This document shows positions 1 to 13,729 of a stretch of 64,000 nt of DNA, in pieces. The notes beneath the pieces are model-generated. The model ran no database searches. It was given only the letters and a program-made list of their open reading frames with translations, and was not told where the DNA came from. Positions within the stretch are counted from its first letter, which is position 1. Every line of letters starts with the position of its first letter. The stretch spans positions 41,726,001 to 41,790,000 of the forward strand of contig NC_043001.1 in NCBI RefSeq assembly GCF_006345805.1. Reading direction: 5' to 3'. Source of the stretch: Octopus sinensis. Taxonomy: Eukaryota. The position numbers were made by a program, and so were the translations under genes.

Positions 1-1525
1 AAAACAGACATTGAACCAACTCAAATAGATTGCTACTAACTTTCTAAGACAGTTCAATAAGCGTTATGAGCAACAAAGGGATAACAAGGTAGAAGTAAAT
101 AACAGAAATACACCAAAACAATCAAATAGAATATCACAAGATAGTAAAGTTTCTCCCTATTTAATAGTAAAAACAGAGTCTACTGAATAAATAACAGGAT
201 ATAGATTTTCTCTCATAGATAGATCAAGCTCTATCATGGTGCTCTTGAGAATCTTAAATTTTCTTTTATTTCAAATTATATATTTGTTAATCTTCTAATA
301 CATTGTTAAATCTAATTTCATTTGTACAAATATCTGGATGGTATCAATCTGAATGAAATTAGTTTAAATTTGAAAGATAAATAAAACCATGCTCTAACAG
401 ATCAAATAATACATCAACCTTTATACTGTTTTGCCGGTGTGCATACAAGCTGTGTTTAAACAACCTGCTCTTTCTATGCTTACAATATAACCAACAAATC
501 ATACAATCCTGATACTTTCAAGAGAAAGAGCTTTCAAATATTTATGTGTTATTCTACTCACTCATAACATGACCATACTCTGTGGCCAATGATTTTTAAA
601 ATTTAGTCTAAGGAGATATGTAGCCCATAACATTTGTAAAACCTAGCTATATGATTACTGATCGACCCAAACTTCTGAACAGTAAAAAAGCAGGAAGAAG
701 TTGGCTACAATTCATGATTCAGCAAGGGAATTGAGAGTGAAATAAGAATTATCTTATTCTTTCATTGGTTTCAGCTATTGGATTTTATGGCCATGTTGGG
801 ATTCTACCTTCAAGTCCCAGCAGCTGGTACTGTATAAATAGCATATAACTAAATATTTTATCAGCCTCAAAAGGAGCAGAGGCAGTTTGTATTAAGAATG
901 TAAAGGCACATAGCCAAATACCATACATTATATTGGCCAACATTTTCTGATTGTATCAAATGACAAGAGTAGGAGGGCTTGGGTGGACAGACTAAACAGC
1001 TTATCAGTTCTGAGAAGCGATTATTATAGAAGTTTCTAACCTTTGCATTGAAATGATACGTTCCAAATTAATAACTGTTTTAAGCTACAAAAATAGTACA
1101 TAAAGCCATGACAATGTTACAGTTGCAAAAACTGTTCATATTTCAAGATCTTCAGCTAACATGTTTCTAGAAAATATTCATATAAAATAATAGAATGGCA
1201 GCACCTAGTCTTATTTTCATAGGTAGCTATTATGTAAATACAGATCGTAAAGTAGTTTGTTAAAGTAAGCCCATATTTGATGCAGAGTATAAACCATTGT
1301 AAAGTAAAGCAATTTCTATCCCCATACACAATATTTTATGACTCAAAAAGATAGTGAGGATGGGGAGTGAAACTAGTCAGCCCTAAAGGTTATGTCAAGA
1401 AGCCTTGTTATAAAACACTACAATAAAAAGAATTTTCAAAATATCTCTAATACTTAACATATAACAATGTTTAGATAAAATTTTCACAAAGTAATCAAAG
1501 ACAGAGAAACTGTCTTTATACTTAC

Positions 1526-1693
1526 ATTATATCGAACACCACCTTTGTACACCTTCATTAGATATAGAACTGGTTTGCAATTTTCAAGGGCTTCATGGAA
1601 TATTGTAACTGGGTTTAACACAATTTCAGTTTTTACTTCGTCTGAGGCTTTATGATATTTTTCTAACTGGGATATTTTTATGCTCTCCAACAT
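1526..1693 (-). CDS. MRPS7: Mitochondrial ribosomal protein S7, coding exon 4 (final exon probably left of the window)
   Basis: ttttag|ATG...TATAAT|gtaagt; 168 nt, phase 0-0; MLESIKISQLEKYHKASDEVKTEIVLNPVTIFHEALENCKPVLYLMKVYKGGVRYN resembles the uS7m segment (..QxEKYH..NPxTIFHxALxNCxP..KGG.Y). Confidence 0.95.
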
Positions 1694-2316
1694 CTAAAAT
1701 AAATTAACATTTTTTAATCCATTTTCCTATGCTGACATGAGGGGTAGTTTTTTTGCACATTTAAACATGTGTATATTGTCTGAGATAGTATATTTACAAA
1801 TTGATGTACTTTTTGCGCCTAACTATTAGGAAACAGTAGTGAAAGTAAATGTCAACTTTGTAGGTTTGAGCTCATAATAAGGTAGTCAATAGTCCAACAA
1901 TTATTACATATATGTGGTTTTTTTACATTGTCAAATGCAAATTCTGGGTAGCTGCTACATACATGCACATTCATATGATGAGCACACACCTGATATACCA
2001 ACACACATAAATACATTTACATAAATACAAACATATAGATACAGCTATTAAATGCCAGATAATATTGATTTTTGCTCCATTTTAAGATCAGTCATGTTAT
2101 CAATGCAATTTACAAGAAGGCTGCATACAAACAGTCCTTTTGCTCCTATGTCAGTCCTGACTGCCAGATATGCAAAGATAAATGTTGCTGTTCACAACAA
2201 CTAATCTAATCTAATTATTGTCACATACTCTGATACTGTATCTCAATTAACATCAAAATATTTTTAATATGAAATGACTATTTTTTTTAAAAAAGATCAT
2301 AGAGCATTGCAAATAA

Positions 2317-4730
2317 TTATCATCATCATCATTTAATCTCCGCTGGCATGGGTTGGACAGTTTGACCAGGGCTGGCAACCTGGAAGGCTGCACCAGACTC
2401 CAGTCTGATTTGGCATGGTTTTCCAGCCTGATTTGGATGACACCAGTATCTGCCATGACTGCAATTTTGCTCGGCTTCATGGGTCTTCTTAAGTACAATA
2501 TAATGCCAAAGGTTTCAGTCATTGCCTCCGGGAGGCCCAACACTTGAAAGGAACTTGACCACTTTGCCTCCATGAGGCCCAATGCTCGAATGGTGCTCTT
2601 TACGTGCCATTGGTATGGGTGTCAGTTACATGACACTGGCATCAGCCATGACTACGATTTTACTTGGCTTGACAGGTCTGCTCAAGCACAGCATAATACC
2701 AAAGATCTCGATCACCAGTTATTGCTTGTGAGGCTCAAAGTTTGAAGATCATGCTTCACCACTTCATCCCAGGTCTTCCTGGGTCTACCTCTACTATAGG
2801 TTCCCTCCACAGTTAGAGATCAGCACTTCTTCACACAGTTGTTCTCATCCATATGCATCACCTGACCACCAGTCGTGACTCTTGCAAACCACATCTGATG
2901 CCTCTTATGCCTAACTTTTCTCTCAAGATGCTTACACTTTGTCAAACATGCACAGACATTGCACAGCCAGTGACACATACTGGCTTCATTGCTTTCAAGC
3001 CTACACATGTCCTCAACTGTCACAGACCATGTTTCACTGCCTTGTAGCATAAGCATCATAAATCTGTCTTTCACTTGAAGAGAGAGGCCCTTTGTTACCA
3101 GCAGAGATAGGAGCTCTCTGAACTTTGCCCAGCCTAATTTTATTCTCAGTTACGCTCTTGGAGCCTCCAGTACTAACTTGGTTACCTAGATAACGGAAGC
3201 TATCTAATACCTCTAGTTTGCCCCTCTGGTAGTTGATGGAGACTATTTTCTGCGTTTATTGCACCTGCGTATCTTCCATATACAAAAACTAGCTTCCCTG
3301 TTAACAATCTTCTAATATTGCTGCACCTTTTATGTGTCCAAAGCTTACATCAGGTGCATCTTATGGAGTTTCTAACTATGCCTTTTCTACAGATCTACCT
3401 GAAGGGATTTGTGACTTGTCTCCCATCCTACTTACTATGATTTTGGTTTTTGCTAGATTAATTCTAAGGCCTTTTGATTCTAGACCTTGCTTCCATACCT
3501 GGAACTTCTCTAGTTCTGGTAGTAATTCAGAGTAAGGTCATCAGCTTAGAGGAGCTCCCAGGGACAGCCTGTCTAAAATTCCTGTTATTGTCTGGAGGAC
3601 TTGAACAAGATGGGGCCAAGCACTGATCTTTGGTGAACCCCTACATGTACCCTCAATTCTTCACTGTACTCGTTGCCAACCCTCACCTTACTGGTAGCAT
3701 CCCTGTACAGGGCTTGTACAGCTCTCACCAACCACTTGTCTATCCCTAGCTTCCACATTGACCACTAGATAAGGGATCAAAGGACCCTGTCAAAGGCTTT
3801 CTCCAAGTCAACAAAGGCCAAATACAGAGGTATATCTTTGGCTATGTATTTATCCTGCAGCTGCTTTGCCAGAAATATAGTAGCAGTGGTGCTTCTCCCT
3901 GGCACAAAACCAAGTTGTATCTCATCTAGTCTAACTCTCTCCCTAATTAGTTGGGTTATGACTCTTTCCGTAACTTTAGATATACCTGTCTCCTAACTTC
4001 CCTTCTGACTATCTGATACAGTCCCCTGCTACCCCCACTCTTCCAAACCTGTTTCTTTGCTCTAATGGCCCTGTCTGCCACATTGTTCCACCATTAATGT
4101 TACCCTACGTCTAGATGGGACTTGGCACCAGCTGCAGATTTGGTCTGTGGCACTCAGCAAGCTGTCCTGCAGGAATTCTCAGTTGCCCTCTATGTCACAA
4201 TTCTGTAGTTCCTCCTCCCTCTCATCAACTTTCTCAAGATGTCCCTAAATCTCTGACCATATGAAGGGTCTTTAAATTTCCAAATTGGTCTGCTTCTCGA
4301 CATCCTTCTGACCTCGAGTCTAAAATCACTAATGACTAGTCTATGCTGGTGGGGTACATTCTTCACCAGGGAGTATTTTTGTATTTAGGATCAACCATGC
4401 ATCCCACTGTCTGGCGAGAATGTAATTGATGTTGCTAGCACAGTCACCCAATTGGTAGGTTATCAGGTGGCTGGCTGGCTTCCTGAAGTTGGTGTTGTAG
4501 ATCAATAGGTTATTTGCATCCAGTAGCCTTGTTCCCTCTTTGTTTCAGGAATCAATTCCATGGCCCCCTCGGACACCATGGAAGATACCAGTCTGCCATC
4601 CGACATGCCCATTGAAATCCCCAGCCACAAAGCCACGTCAGTCACCAGCCCCTATCCACATGCACACACTTACACACTCTCACATACACATGCACACGCA
4701 CCTTTGTTTTGGGATCACCAATACTTTATT
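2317..4730 (-). mobile_element. Degenerate, internally deleted RTE LINE in MRPS7 intron 4
   Basis: (CAT)n tail near 2320; RT remnants (LERKVRHKRHQMWFARV at 2820-3074; DLEKAFDRVP-like at 3780-3830); endonuclease remnants 4300-4640; same family as 32754-38464. Confidence 0.85.
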
Positions 4731-5284
4731 ATCTCCCCTTCTTCCTAACTCTCCTGTCTAACTACCATTGCCCAACCAGCCGCCATGATTGACCGCTAGC
4801 ACCAAAAGTTTTTTTTATTCTCTCTCTGCTTATTTTCTCATGATCCTTTCTGTTAAAGAGCGTAGGCTCAAAACGTAAAAGTCTTTCTCACCTTCCCAAG
4901 TGTTAAATACACCTGTCTTCATCATTTGTTTTTCTGTAAATTTCAACAAATCACCTACCTATATATAAGTAGGTGGTTTGTTAATTTACTAATATTTTAC
5001 TAAGTAACATATCACCTTTTGGTGCATGCAGTAGTGTGGGCGAAGGTATGCAAGTCTTCAGGTACAGAAGCGAGGCAGCAGAGGCCTATAGGGGTTTCTG
5101 GTATAGGTGGTGGGGCAGGAGTGGGTGGGTGCATCGCAGACAAGCAATGGCCATTTTTAATAGAGAACAATGTACATGAATATAAAAGATTCTCAGTTTA
5201 TGCAGTGAATAAAATTCAGTATAGCATTTAAATATTCTTTTAGGTATGATTTGCATGAAAATCTTTCATCCCCCTTGGAATAAC

Positions 5285-5523
5285 ATAAAAAGCACCATCC
5301 GTTCGTGGCCATTTGCCAGCTCTGTCTGGCACCTGTGCGGGTGGCACGTAAAAAGCACCCACTACACTCACGGAGTGGTTGGCGTTAGGAAGGGCATCCA
5401 GCCGTAGAAACACTGCCAGATCTGACTGGGCCTGATGAAGCCTTCTGGCTTCACAAACCCCAGTTGAACTGTCCAACCCATGCTAGCATGGAAAACGGAC
5501 GCTAAACGATGATGATGATGATG
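5285..5523 (+). mobile_element. 5'-truncated young RTE copy (3' UTR only) with (GAT)n tail
   Basis: Near-identical to the reverse complement of 32762-32995; stem-loop TGAAGCC-TTCT-GGCTTCA at 5436-5453. Confidence 0.9.
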
Positions 5524-5621
5524 ACTACCTATTCTATTCTTTAAACAGAGAACCTTTTAACAGTACAAAAAAATACTTGTCACATTAATTAATAATGGAA
5601 ATAATAACATCAACAAGATAC

Positions 5622-5685
5622 CTCATCAACAACTAAAGCAGCAGCATCTTTTCTTCCTGATCTCATAACCATATTAGTGAATTTA
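5622..5685 (-). CDS. MRPS7: MRPS7 coding exon 3
   Basis: ttgcag|T AAA TTC ACT AAT ATG GTT ATG AGA TCA GGA AGA AAA...GAT GAG|gtatct = (A)KFTNMVMRSGRKDAAALVVDE; matches the S7 KFTNMMM.GGNK motif; phases 2-0 fit the flanking exons; too short for the ORF track. Confidence 0.93.
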
Positions 5686-6613
5686 CTGCAATGAGTATAT
5701 AAATTATTATAAACAAAATATATTTATAATCTTATGATATTCATAAATAAAACCAAAATTTTAAAATGGAAAGAAAGCAGCAAAAAAAAAACATTACATC
5801 CAGATATGTTGCTTGAACAATGGCAACAAAGATAAAAGTTTTTAAAAACTATTTCCTCCAACTTTATTTCTTGCTATTTCCACTCTTTCTTATTCATAGC
5901 AATCAATTTACTGATTGTATACAATTAACTTTATTAGTCATGTCATTCTCCTGTAACTATCCTATATATTACTATATAAATACAATATATTTAAATAGTA
6001 CACTTAATTCTATGCACCTTTTCAGTTGATCTAGAAAGCGGGAATGACTGAGTTAACAAGATACCATACAACCATCTAAAGGAAATGGAGGTAATGCTAC
6101 TGTACTACTCCCATGGGCAAGATATGACTTCCAACAAAGAAGTTGATTTATCTCTAAGTACTACAATTGGTATAATTAACAGTTGTTGGTTGTAAGAATA
6201 TTAATGAATATTCAATAGTTTACAATAAATGGTAAGTTCAGTTTTTCTACCAAGAAAAGCTACCTGCTGCAGAAGTGTGATTCTCACGTAGTGATTTCTC
6301 TTTTACTCACTTAATACAACAGAAACTAGAGATGATCACAAACCCTATGGTTCATTGTCAGAAAGTTACATCTTCTTCAAATGTTACTTATGATAGACTA
6401 ATGTCCTATCAAGAGGAAGATTATCTCATTTTCTTATAAAAACTAGAGTTAAATACTGGGATTTAACTGATATTTACGTTACTAACGTATTAAGAGTAAG
6501 GTAAATAAACATGCCCAGTACACATATTGCAATGATCTGGTAACACCATCATCACATGCAGAACCCCTTCAGTTTCATAAAGAATATAAAAATAAAATGT
6601 AATATATACTAAC

Positions 6614-6787
6614 GCAAGAACTGGATCATACAAAATGGAAGTTGTCTCTTCATTACGTGCAGCTTTGATAGGGCTATATTTTCTTTCGTCTGTTTCATCT
6701 AACTCTTCTGATAATTCTTTCTTAGAGATTGTTGGAGGTAAATATCTTGGACTCCATATTGAACCCCTGGAAGGGATCAAAGACCAC
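6614..6787 (-). CDS. MRPS7: MRPS7 coding exon 2
   Basis: ttctgcag|G TGG TCT...CTT GC|gttagt; WSLIPSRGSIWSPRYLPPTISKKELSEELDETDERKYSPIKAARNEETTSILYDPVL matches the uS7m IKAA..TSS.F.DP motif; phase 2-2. Confidence 0.93.
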
Positions 6788-7169
6788 CTGCAGAAAAATA
6801 ATAAAATTATGAGTAGTAGTACAGTTTCTTTTTTATTTTTTTAGATGTGCTGACGTCTTCATAGTTACTTAGTACTTCACTGGAAACTATTGAGGAAACA
6901 TAAAAGTCCCAACCTTTGTATCTTCATACAAGACCAAATTATGTTAACACATGTTATCGTTGTTTTTAAATATGCATGTAGTATCCACAAATACAGTAAA
7001 AGGCTATTGCTCTATACCTATTGAGCATTACATGCACAAACACTTTCATCACAGAATAGCAAGCACAAAACATTCTCAAAGTGAACACTTGGTTGACAAA
7101 TTACAAAGTCATTTTTCATGTGATTTCTTGAAGGCTTTGTTTTATTGAAAGTTCAGTAGGTTAGTCCTA

Positions 7170-8398
7170 TGAGGGGTGTTCATTAAAGATTTCCCCTGAC
7201 CCACTTCCCAAGGATTGGGATAAACAAAACTTGGCATAATTAGTCCTTCTCTAAATCATCACCACCAATGGTGACACACTTCTACATTGCCACTACTAAT
7301 GGTGACACACTTCTCCAATTGCTTTATGCAGCTGTGAAGACCTTGTCTGTAGAAGTCAGTAGGTTGTGTTAGAAATCAGTTCATCATCCAAAAAGTGCTT
7401 CCCCTTCAAAAAAAGACTTCATGGTTGGAAACAGGTGAAGTCAGATGGTGCGAGGTCGAAAGAGTAAGAGGGATGAGGAAGGATTCATAGCTGCAAGAGT
7501 GTGCTTTCATCTGCATAACATGCACATTATGAACTGGGGCATTATCTTGGAGGAGGCAGACTCCTTTGGTCAGCATGCCACACCTCTGTTTCTGAAGCAC
7601 AGAAGCACACCATTATTCATTGTGCCCTTTGCCAGAAAATCTATCATTCACCACTCTGCACTAGTCCCAAAAGACTGTGAGCATCACCTTGCTTGTTGAG
7701 AGTTGGACACAAACCTTCTCTGGAGGTGGTGAGTTATGCTGCCATTACTTCAACTGGATTTTAGTCTCAGGATCATAGTGATGGACCCATGTTTCATCCT
7801 GTATGATAAATCTGGTGAAAAAGTCCTCCTTGTTTTCTTGGCATGTTGCCAAAAGAACCTGGGAGCAACTGACTCATTACTGCTTCTGAAAAGGTGTGAG
7901 CATCTGGAGAATCCAATGTGCAGACAACTTCCGCGTGTGAAAATGGTCATGAATGATTTTTTCCATGGAGGCTACACTTATCTTTACTTCTTGGGTTAGT
8001 TGCCAAATAGTTATGCAGTGATCCTACAAAATGGCGGCTTCCACTTTATGGATGGTGTTGTCATCAATGGCAGAATGTGGTCATCCAGGAATAGGGACAA
8101 TTTCCACCAATGTTCAACCATATTTGAACTGGTGATGCCAATGCTTGATTATACTGTATGATGGTGCATCATCACCATAAACTTCCTTCATCTCATCAAT
8201 AGTCTCTTTTGGTGTACAACCTTTCAAGTATAAGAACCTGATCACTGATCTGCATTCAACTGCCTCCATTATAACATATTAGTCCACTTCAGCAGCTGTA
8301 AAAGACAAATGAATACTAGTGGAAAGCTACATGTGACATGTAGAGACATGTATAATTATACCTGTACAAATTCCATTTCTTGCAATAACCAGAAGTAG
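7170..8398 (-). mobile_element. Degenerate mariner, same family as 18325-19612
   Basis: TA+TGAGGGGTGTTCATTAAAG...CCTGACCCACTTCCC terminus matches the intact copy; remnants LLQDNAPVHN (7406-7600) and ITMILRLK region; the other TIR is lost at the Penelope junction near 8400. Confidence 0.85.
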
Positions 8399-8399
8399 G

Positions 8400-9753
8400 T
8401 CATTTAGCCTCAAGTAAATCTAATATTTTCCTATCCTTCCTTAATACTGGTTCCCATATGCTATTCATATCAGTACTCGGTCTACTTAGATTATCGTGTC
8501 CTAGCATATGTGCTGCTTCTTTTAGTTTTCCTATTTTCCAGTGGTGTTCTCTGTCTATTATTTTAATTTCATCCTACAGGGGAAGATGGTCTCCATTTAA
8601 CCATACATGATCAGCTATACCCGATTTATCAATATATCGACAAGAAGAGGGTTTAGCTATGGGTTCACCGTTATCACTGATAATAGCCAATATATACATG
8701 GAATACTTTGAGAATTTGTCTTTAGGCTCAACACCACTAAAACCAACTCTATGGCTGTGATATGTTGATGACACCTTTATATTCTGGCACCACCAGGAAG
8801 ATGCCCATGTGCCGTTAGATCATGTGAACTCAATAAAGCCATCCTTACAGTTCACAGTGGAAAAGGGAAAAGACAATCAGCTAGCATTCCTGGTCATATC
8901 AATAACACACATCAAGTATGGATTCAGGACATCTGTATACCGCAAGCCAACCTTCATTGGACGATACCTCAAATTCAATTCCCACCATCCATACAGTGTA
9001 AAGAGAGGGATTGCTCAGTGCCTAAAACATTGAGCAAAGAATACAAGTAGCGATTTTGATACACACCACGAAGAAATGATCAAGCTCAGTAACAATCTAT
9101 TAAGCAAAAACTACCCCAAAAACATACTGTCTACTCCAATTATGAAGAAAAGAGAGGATGAAACCAACAAACTGTCCACAGTCTGTCTACCCTATGTGAA
9201 AGGCCTTTTCGAAAAGGTGCAAAAGATATGCGGCCCATATGACATCAGGACAGTATTCAAGAGTAATACAACACTTTGCAAATATCTCCTTCGAGTAAAA
9301 CCATCAATTGAAGAGAATATGGCCAAAGACTGCATGTACTCCATCCCATGCAGTTGTGGTAGGTCATACAAAGGCGAAACATGCTGCCCCCTCAAAATAA
9401 GGGTAGACGAACATCACAAAGCTGTGACACAAGGAGATATTGACAAATTGGGTATAGCTGATCATATATGGAAAAATGGAGACCATCTCCCCTTGTGGGA
9501 TGAAGTTAAAATAATAGACAGAGAACACCACTGGAAAATATGAAAACTAAAAGAAGCAGCACGTATGCTAGGACACAACAATCTCCTAAGCAAACCAAGT
9601 GCAGATATGAATAGCATATGGAAACTGGTATTAAGAAAGGATAGGAAAATATTAGATTTATAAGCCCTAAAATTCACTCCATAATTACCCACGGTCATAT
9701 GGCGTAGTGGTTAAGAGTACAGGCTACTGACCCCCAATATTCCGAGTTCAATT
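8400..9753 (+). mobile_element. 5'-truncated Penelope-like retroelement (RT + GIY-YIG) with an inverted tail copy
   Basis: RQEEGLAMGSPLS..IANIYMEYFE, YVDDTF, VYRKPT..GRYL.FNSHHP and GIY-YIG-like CMYSIPCSCGRSYKGET..LKIRVDEH; 8415-8635 is an inverted copy of 9437-9660; tRNA-like head at 9700-9753. Confidence 0.92.
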
Positions 9754-10206
9754 AATTTTTTTTTTTGCGTATTCATAATCTCCCACATCTAAAACATAGA
9801 AATCCGAAAAAAATTTTTCAAAAAAATGCATTTTTCAAGCAGAGGCGCAAAATTACATTAGTCCCTTTTTTTTTTTTTTGGCCAGATCTAAAATAAAAAA
9901 AAGAAACAAACATTTTTACTCTATTTTTCTGATGTTGTACGTATACAGGTACATGCTTTTGTGTGCTTGCGGGTGATTTTTTTTCTTTTTTTGGTGGTGG
10001 TGGGGGGGAGATATTAGTTCTTATAGGCAGTGAACCCGTCTGTTAACAGAGCAATAACAACGGATCAAATGTGGATAAATTCTGTCACACGGGCTGACTG
10101 TCAACGAGCATCCATTAGCTTCTGAAAATAAAATTTGTAGATCAGATGATATTCGGAAAGTGGTTAATATAGGGCGTAACAAATATCAGAAAATCAAAAA
10201 AAAAAT

Positions 10207-12028
10207 GTGTGTAATAGGTGTAAAACAACTTCCTATGAACGAATATGAAAAAAAAACTTCGCGCACGCGAAAGGGGGGTGGGGGAGAGGCCTCGGAAAAT
10301 TCACATCGGGAAGTTCCGAAAGCGTCTGAGGAGCTGACCCGGGCACCAAAACAAAAAAAAATAGTGTAATATGTGTAAAACAACTTGCTCTAAACGAATA
10401 TGAAAAAAAAAATGCGCTCTCGAGAAAGAGGGGTGGGGGAGAGGCCTCGGAATATTTATATCGGAAATTTCCGAAAGCGTCTGAACCGGGCACAAAAACA
10501 AAAACAGCGTAATAGGTGTAAAACAACTTGCTCTAAACGACTATCATGAAAAAAATGCGCGCTCGCGAAAGGGGGGTGGGGGAGAGGCTTCGGAAATTTC
10601 ACATCTTCAGTCCACGGCCTTTAAACTAAGAAAAAATAGTGTAATTGGTGTAAAACTACTTGTTCTAAACGAGTATCAAGAACACACACTCACACATGAA
10701 TCATAAACTCCGTATTTCGCAAAAAAAAAAATAAAGAGAAGAAATTCTGGAAAAAGTGAAGAAATGTTGGATCTCATTCCTTGGTTAAAGCTATTTTAAA
10801 CATTAAATTTATGCTTTTCTTTGAAATAGTTCAGATATATGCAATTCTTCTCACTTATTAAGATGCATTTATCAGAAAAAAAGAGACAGAAAAAATTATT
10901 ATTTTGTGTCAATCCTTCCCTAATTATCCTTTATTAATTAGTTTTGGCGTGTATTTTTTTCCCAAATTTATTTTTTCACCTTTACAACACTGTTTAGTAA
11001 AGCAATTAATTATCTTTATAATTTGCATATTTGACTTATTAATCAAAATTCTCTAGATGTAATATATACTAAGTAATGCATCCTTCATTTATGTGTTCCG
11101 TTCTGTATTATGCATGCGTGACTGTTTGTATGTAAGTGTGTTTAACTGTGCACATGAATGTGAATATTAAAGAACATATTTATTTACTATGATTGTTATT
11201 TTCAGAACAAATAAATCTTTTGGCTGTTATGTTATTGATGTTATTATTATTGCTAGTTAAAGGGTGGTGACTTGGCTGAATATTTTGAGTCTTGTAGTAT
11301 GTAGTTGTGTTAGTCAATATTCTGAGTTCAAATCCAACTCATTTCTTTATCATCATTATCGATGGACCACTCAATGTATACATTATCATTTTCGTAACAT
11401 AATTTCTGTAGTATTTCAAGATGTTTCTGACACGTATTTTGATTCACATGGCGGAGATCCAACATTTCTTCACTTTTTCCAGAATTTCTTCTCTTTATTT
11501 TTTTTTTTTTTGCGAAATACGGAGTTTATGATTCATGTGTGAGTGTGTGTTCTTGATACTCGTTTAGAACAAGTAGTTTTACACCAATTACACTAATTTT
11601 TCTTAGTTTAAAGGCCGTGGACTGAAGATGTGAAATTTCCGAAGCCTCTCCCCCACCCCCCTTTCGCGAGCGCGCATTTTTTTCATGATAGTCGTTTAGA
11701 GCAAGTTGTTTTACACCTATTACGCTGTTTTTGTTTTTGTGCCCGGTTCAGACGCTTTCGGAAATTCCCGATATAAATATTCCGAGGCCTCTCCCCCACC
11801 CCTCTTTCTCGAGAGCGCATTTTTTTTTTTCATATTCGTTTAGAGCAAGTTGTTTTACACATATTACACTATTTTTTTTTTTGTTTTGGTGCCCGGCTCA
11901 GCCCCTCAGACGCTTTCGGAACTTCCCGATGTGAATTTTCCGAGGCCTCTCCCCCACCCCCCTTTCGCGTGCGCGAATTTTTTTTTTCATATTCGTTCAT
12001 AGGAAGTTGTTTTACACCTATTACACAC
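10207..12028. repeat. Long inverted repeat (arms 10207-10775 and 11454-12028) built of ~145-bp subrepeats; Foldback-like
   Basis: Arms are reverse complements with few substitutions (e.g. gagctgaccc vs gggctgagcc); each has 3 full + 1 partial subunit starting gtgtaa..gtgtaaaacaactt; ~680-bp AT-rich spacer. Confidence 0.9.
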
Positions 12029-12945
12029 CCATTATGGTTAATATGATAAACTTCTGATGGATGTATGACGAAAGTTATATCGACTTAGGGAATTAATATG
12101 AATTTTCTTTCTAAGCGTTCTTATTATTTTGTTATTGTTTTCACACCATTTATCGTTTATTAGGCAGAGTATTAAACGCAAAGTCCAACATAGTGTTAGC
12201 AAAGTTTCAACACATTAATAGTACGAATTTATCCAAAATAACCCGGTGAATACCAACCCTTCATTATGTACAATAAACAGCTTTTGAGAAAATGTATTCG
12301 TCCACTGCTCACTTCTCTCCAGACCTTCGCTTTCTCTTGCCAGCTGAACCATCATTAGCCTCTTGATATGAGAGAACTATACTTCGGACGGTCAAACATG
12401 TATTCCGGAGTTTGAGAAGTCTACGCAATGATTGAATTGCCTTCTTAATACATGACCGGCCATTTCAGTTCCTTCTTATAATCTCGGTATGGTGTATATT
12501 ACGTAGAGATGATTTTCTTATGGAAGTATTTCTACGTCTATCTCCTAATTATACCCTACTCTTAATACAGACCGTAAACACCGCATTCCAAAAACTTCTT
12601 GTATGCGTGTATCTTTAAATTTTAGGGGCCAATTTTCCAAGGTGACTGGAAAAATAATAACCGTATTTGTCTAAGGTATATACATAATCGACTACTGTGG
12701 AAAATATATAGTATACTCTAACTATACAAGCACTGTTTTACAATTCGTATACATACGCCATCGAAATGCTTGAGTTTTATGAACTGTGATATATTTTTCA
12801 AGGGCATGAACGACGAGAATGAACCAAAATTATAATACTTAGAAATCAAGTCGCCTGCAGCGATGGCTGTGATCTTGAAGCACTCTTGATTAGATATATA
12901 AGTGTTAAGACTCTTTCACAAAAAGAAAAAAAGTTTTAAAATTAC

Positions 12946-13022
12946 CTGGTTACATAGGATGAAGGTGCAAATAAAGTCTTTCCAAGTTTGTAGACGACAC
13001 TCGCACAAGACGATGCCGCCAT
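12946..13022 (-). CDS. MRPS7: MRPS7 coding exon 1 (mitochondrial transit peptide)
   Basis: gca ATG GCG GCA TCG...GTA ACC AG|gtaatt = MAASSCASVVYKLGKTLFAPSSYVT(R); phase 2 joins exon 2 in frame; MAAS start, Ser-rich, no acidic residues. Confidence 0.85.
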
Positions 13023-13729
13023 TGCGTAAAGCACGTTTTCTGGAACGGGGTAAAAAGGAATCAAGATGAGATAACTAGGTAATTAAATTATATTCACATT
13101 AATTCAGAAAAGGTAATTTGAGTGTTTCACTCAAAATGAAGAAAAGTGTCCATTTCTGTCTTATCACGAATGAACATTTAGTAACATTAATAGAATCACG
13201 GCTTGTAGAGAAAGTTTTTTACTATAGGTGTTTCACGCAATTTCATAAACAAATAACGTAAGGGAGAGTACTCTCACCCAAGCATCCTTCCCTACATTTT
13301 GGTTCGTCATTGCTTTGTGATTGTTTCCTTAAATGATCACTGTCCTAAAGCAGTTATGTGCACTTAAGAAAGCTCACGTCTCCTATTATCTCTTTTCCAA
13401 ATCCACACCCGTTCGACTCGAGGTTGATAATAAACTAGAGTCTGAAGCAACCTTTCACGCCACAGATTTTCGTGAACACACTCCCAGTGGTCGAGATAGT
13501 TCTCAAAATCGATTTTTAAAAAACCTTCAATTCAATTAGACGCGATGTCATTCTCAACTCAATATAAAAAAAAAAGCTTCAAAGATTCGCTACTTTGCAT
13601 GGCAGGCTTTTCGAGAAGCCTCTCATATATATACTCTGGCAGCTATTATATTCTTTCTGCTTTAAGAGTTCAACGAGGTAACCCACTTTGTTTCATACTG
13701 TTTCTGCTGAGTATCAAAGATATTCTTTT

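Noticed and set aside
1-1525. Last MRPS7 exon
   Set aside because: No VPxP..RRRFLAMKW or terminal RWW-type sequence found; presumed to be outside the window.
5432-5460. CTGATGA hammerhead-like core in the RTE 3' UTR
   Set aside because: The hairpin is followed by CACA, not GAAA, and no helix I/III; it is a plain stem-loop.
12300-12680. Possible BEL/Pao integrase relic on the minus strand
   Set aside because: Only vague similarity (HHTEIIRR..GRSCIKKAI) with several stops; no LTR or other domain.
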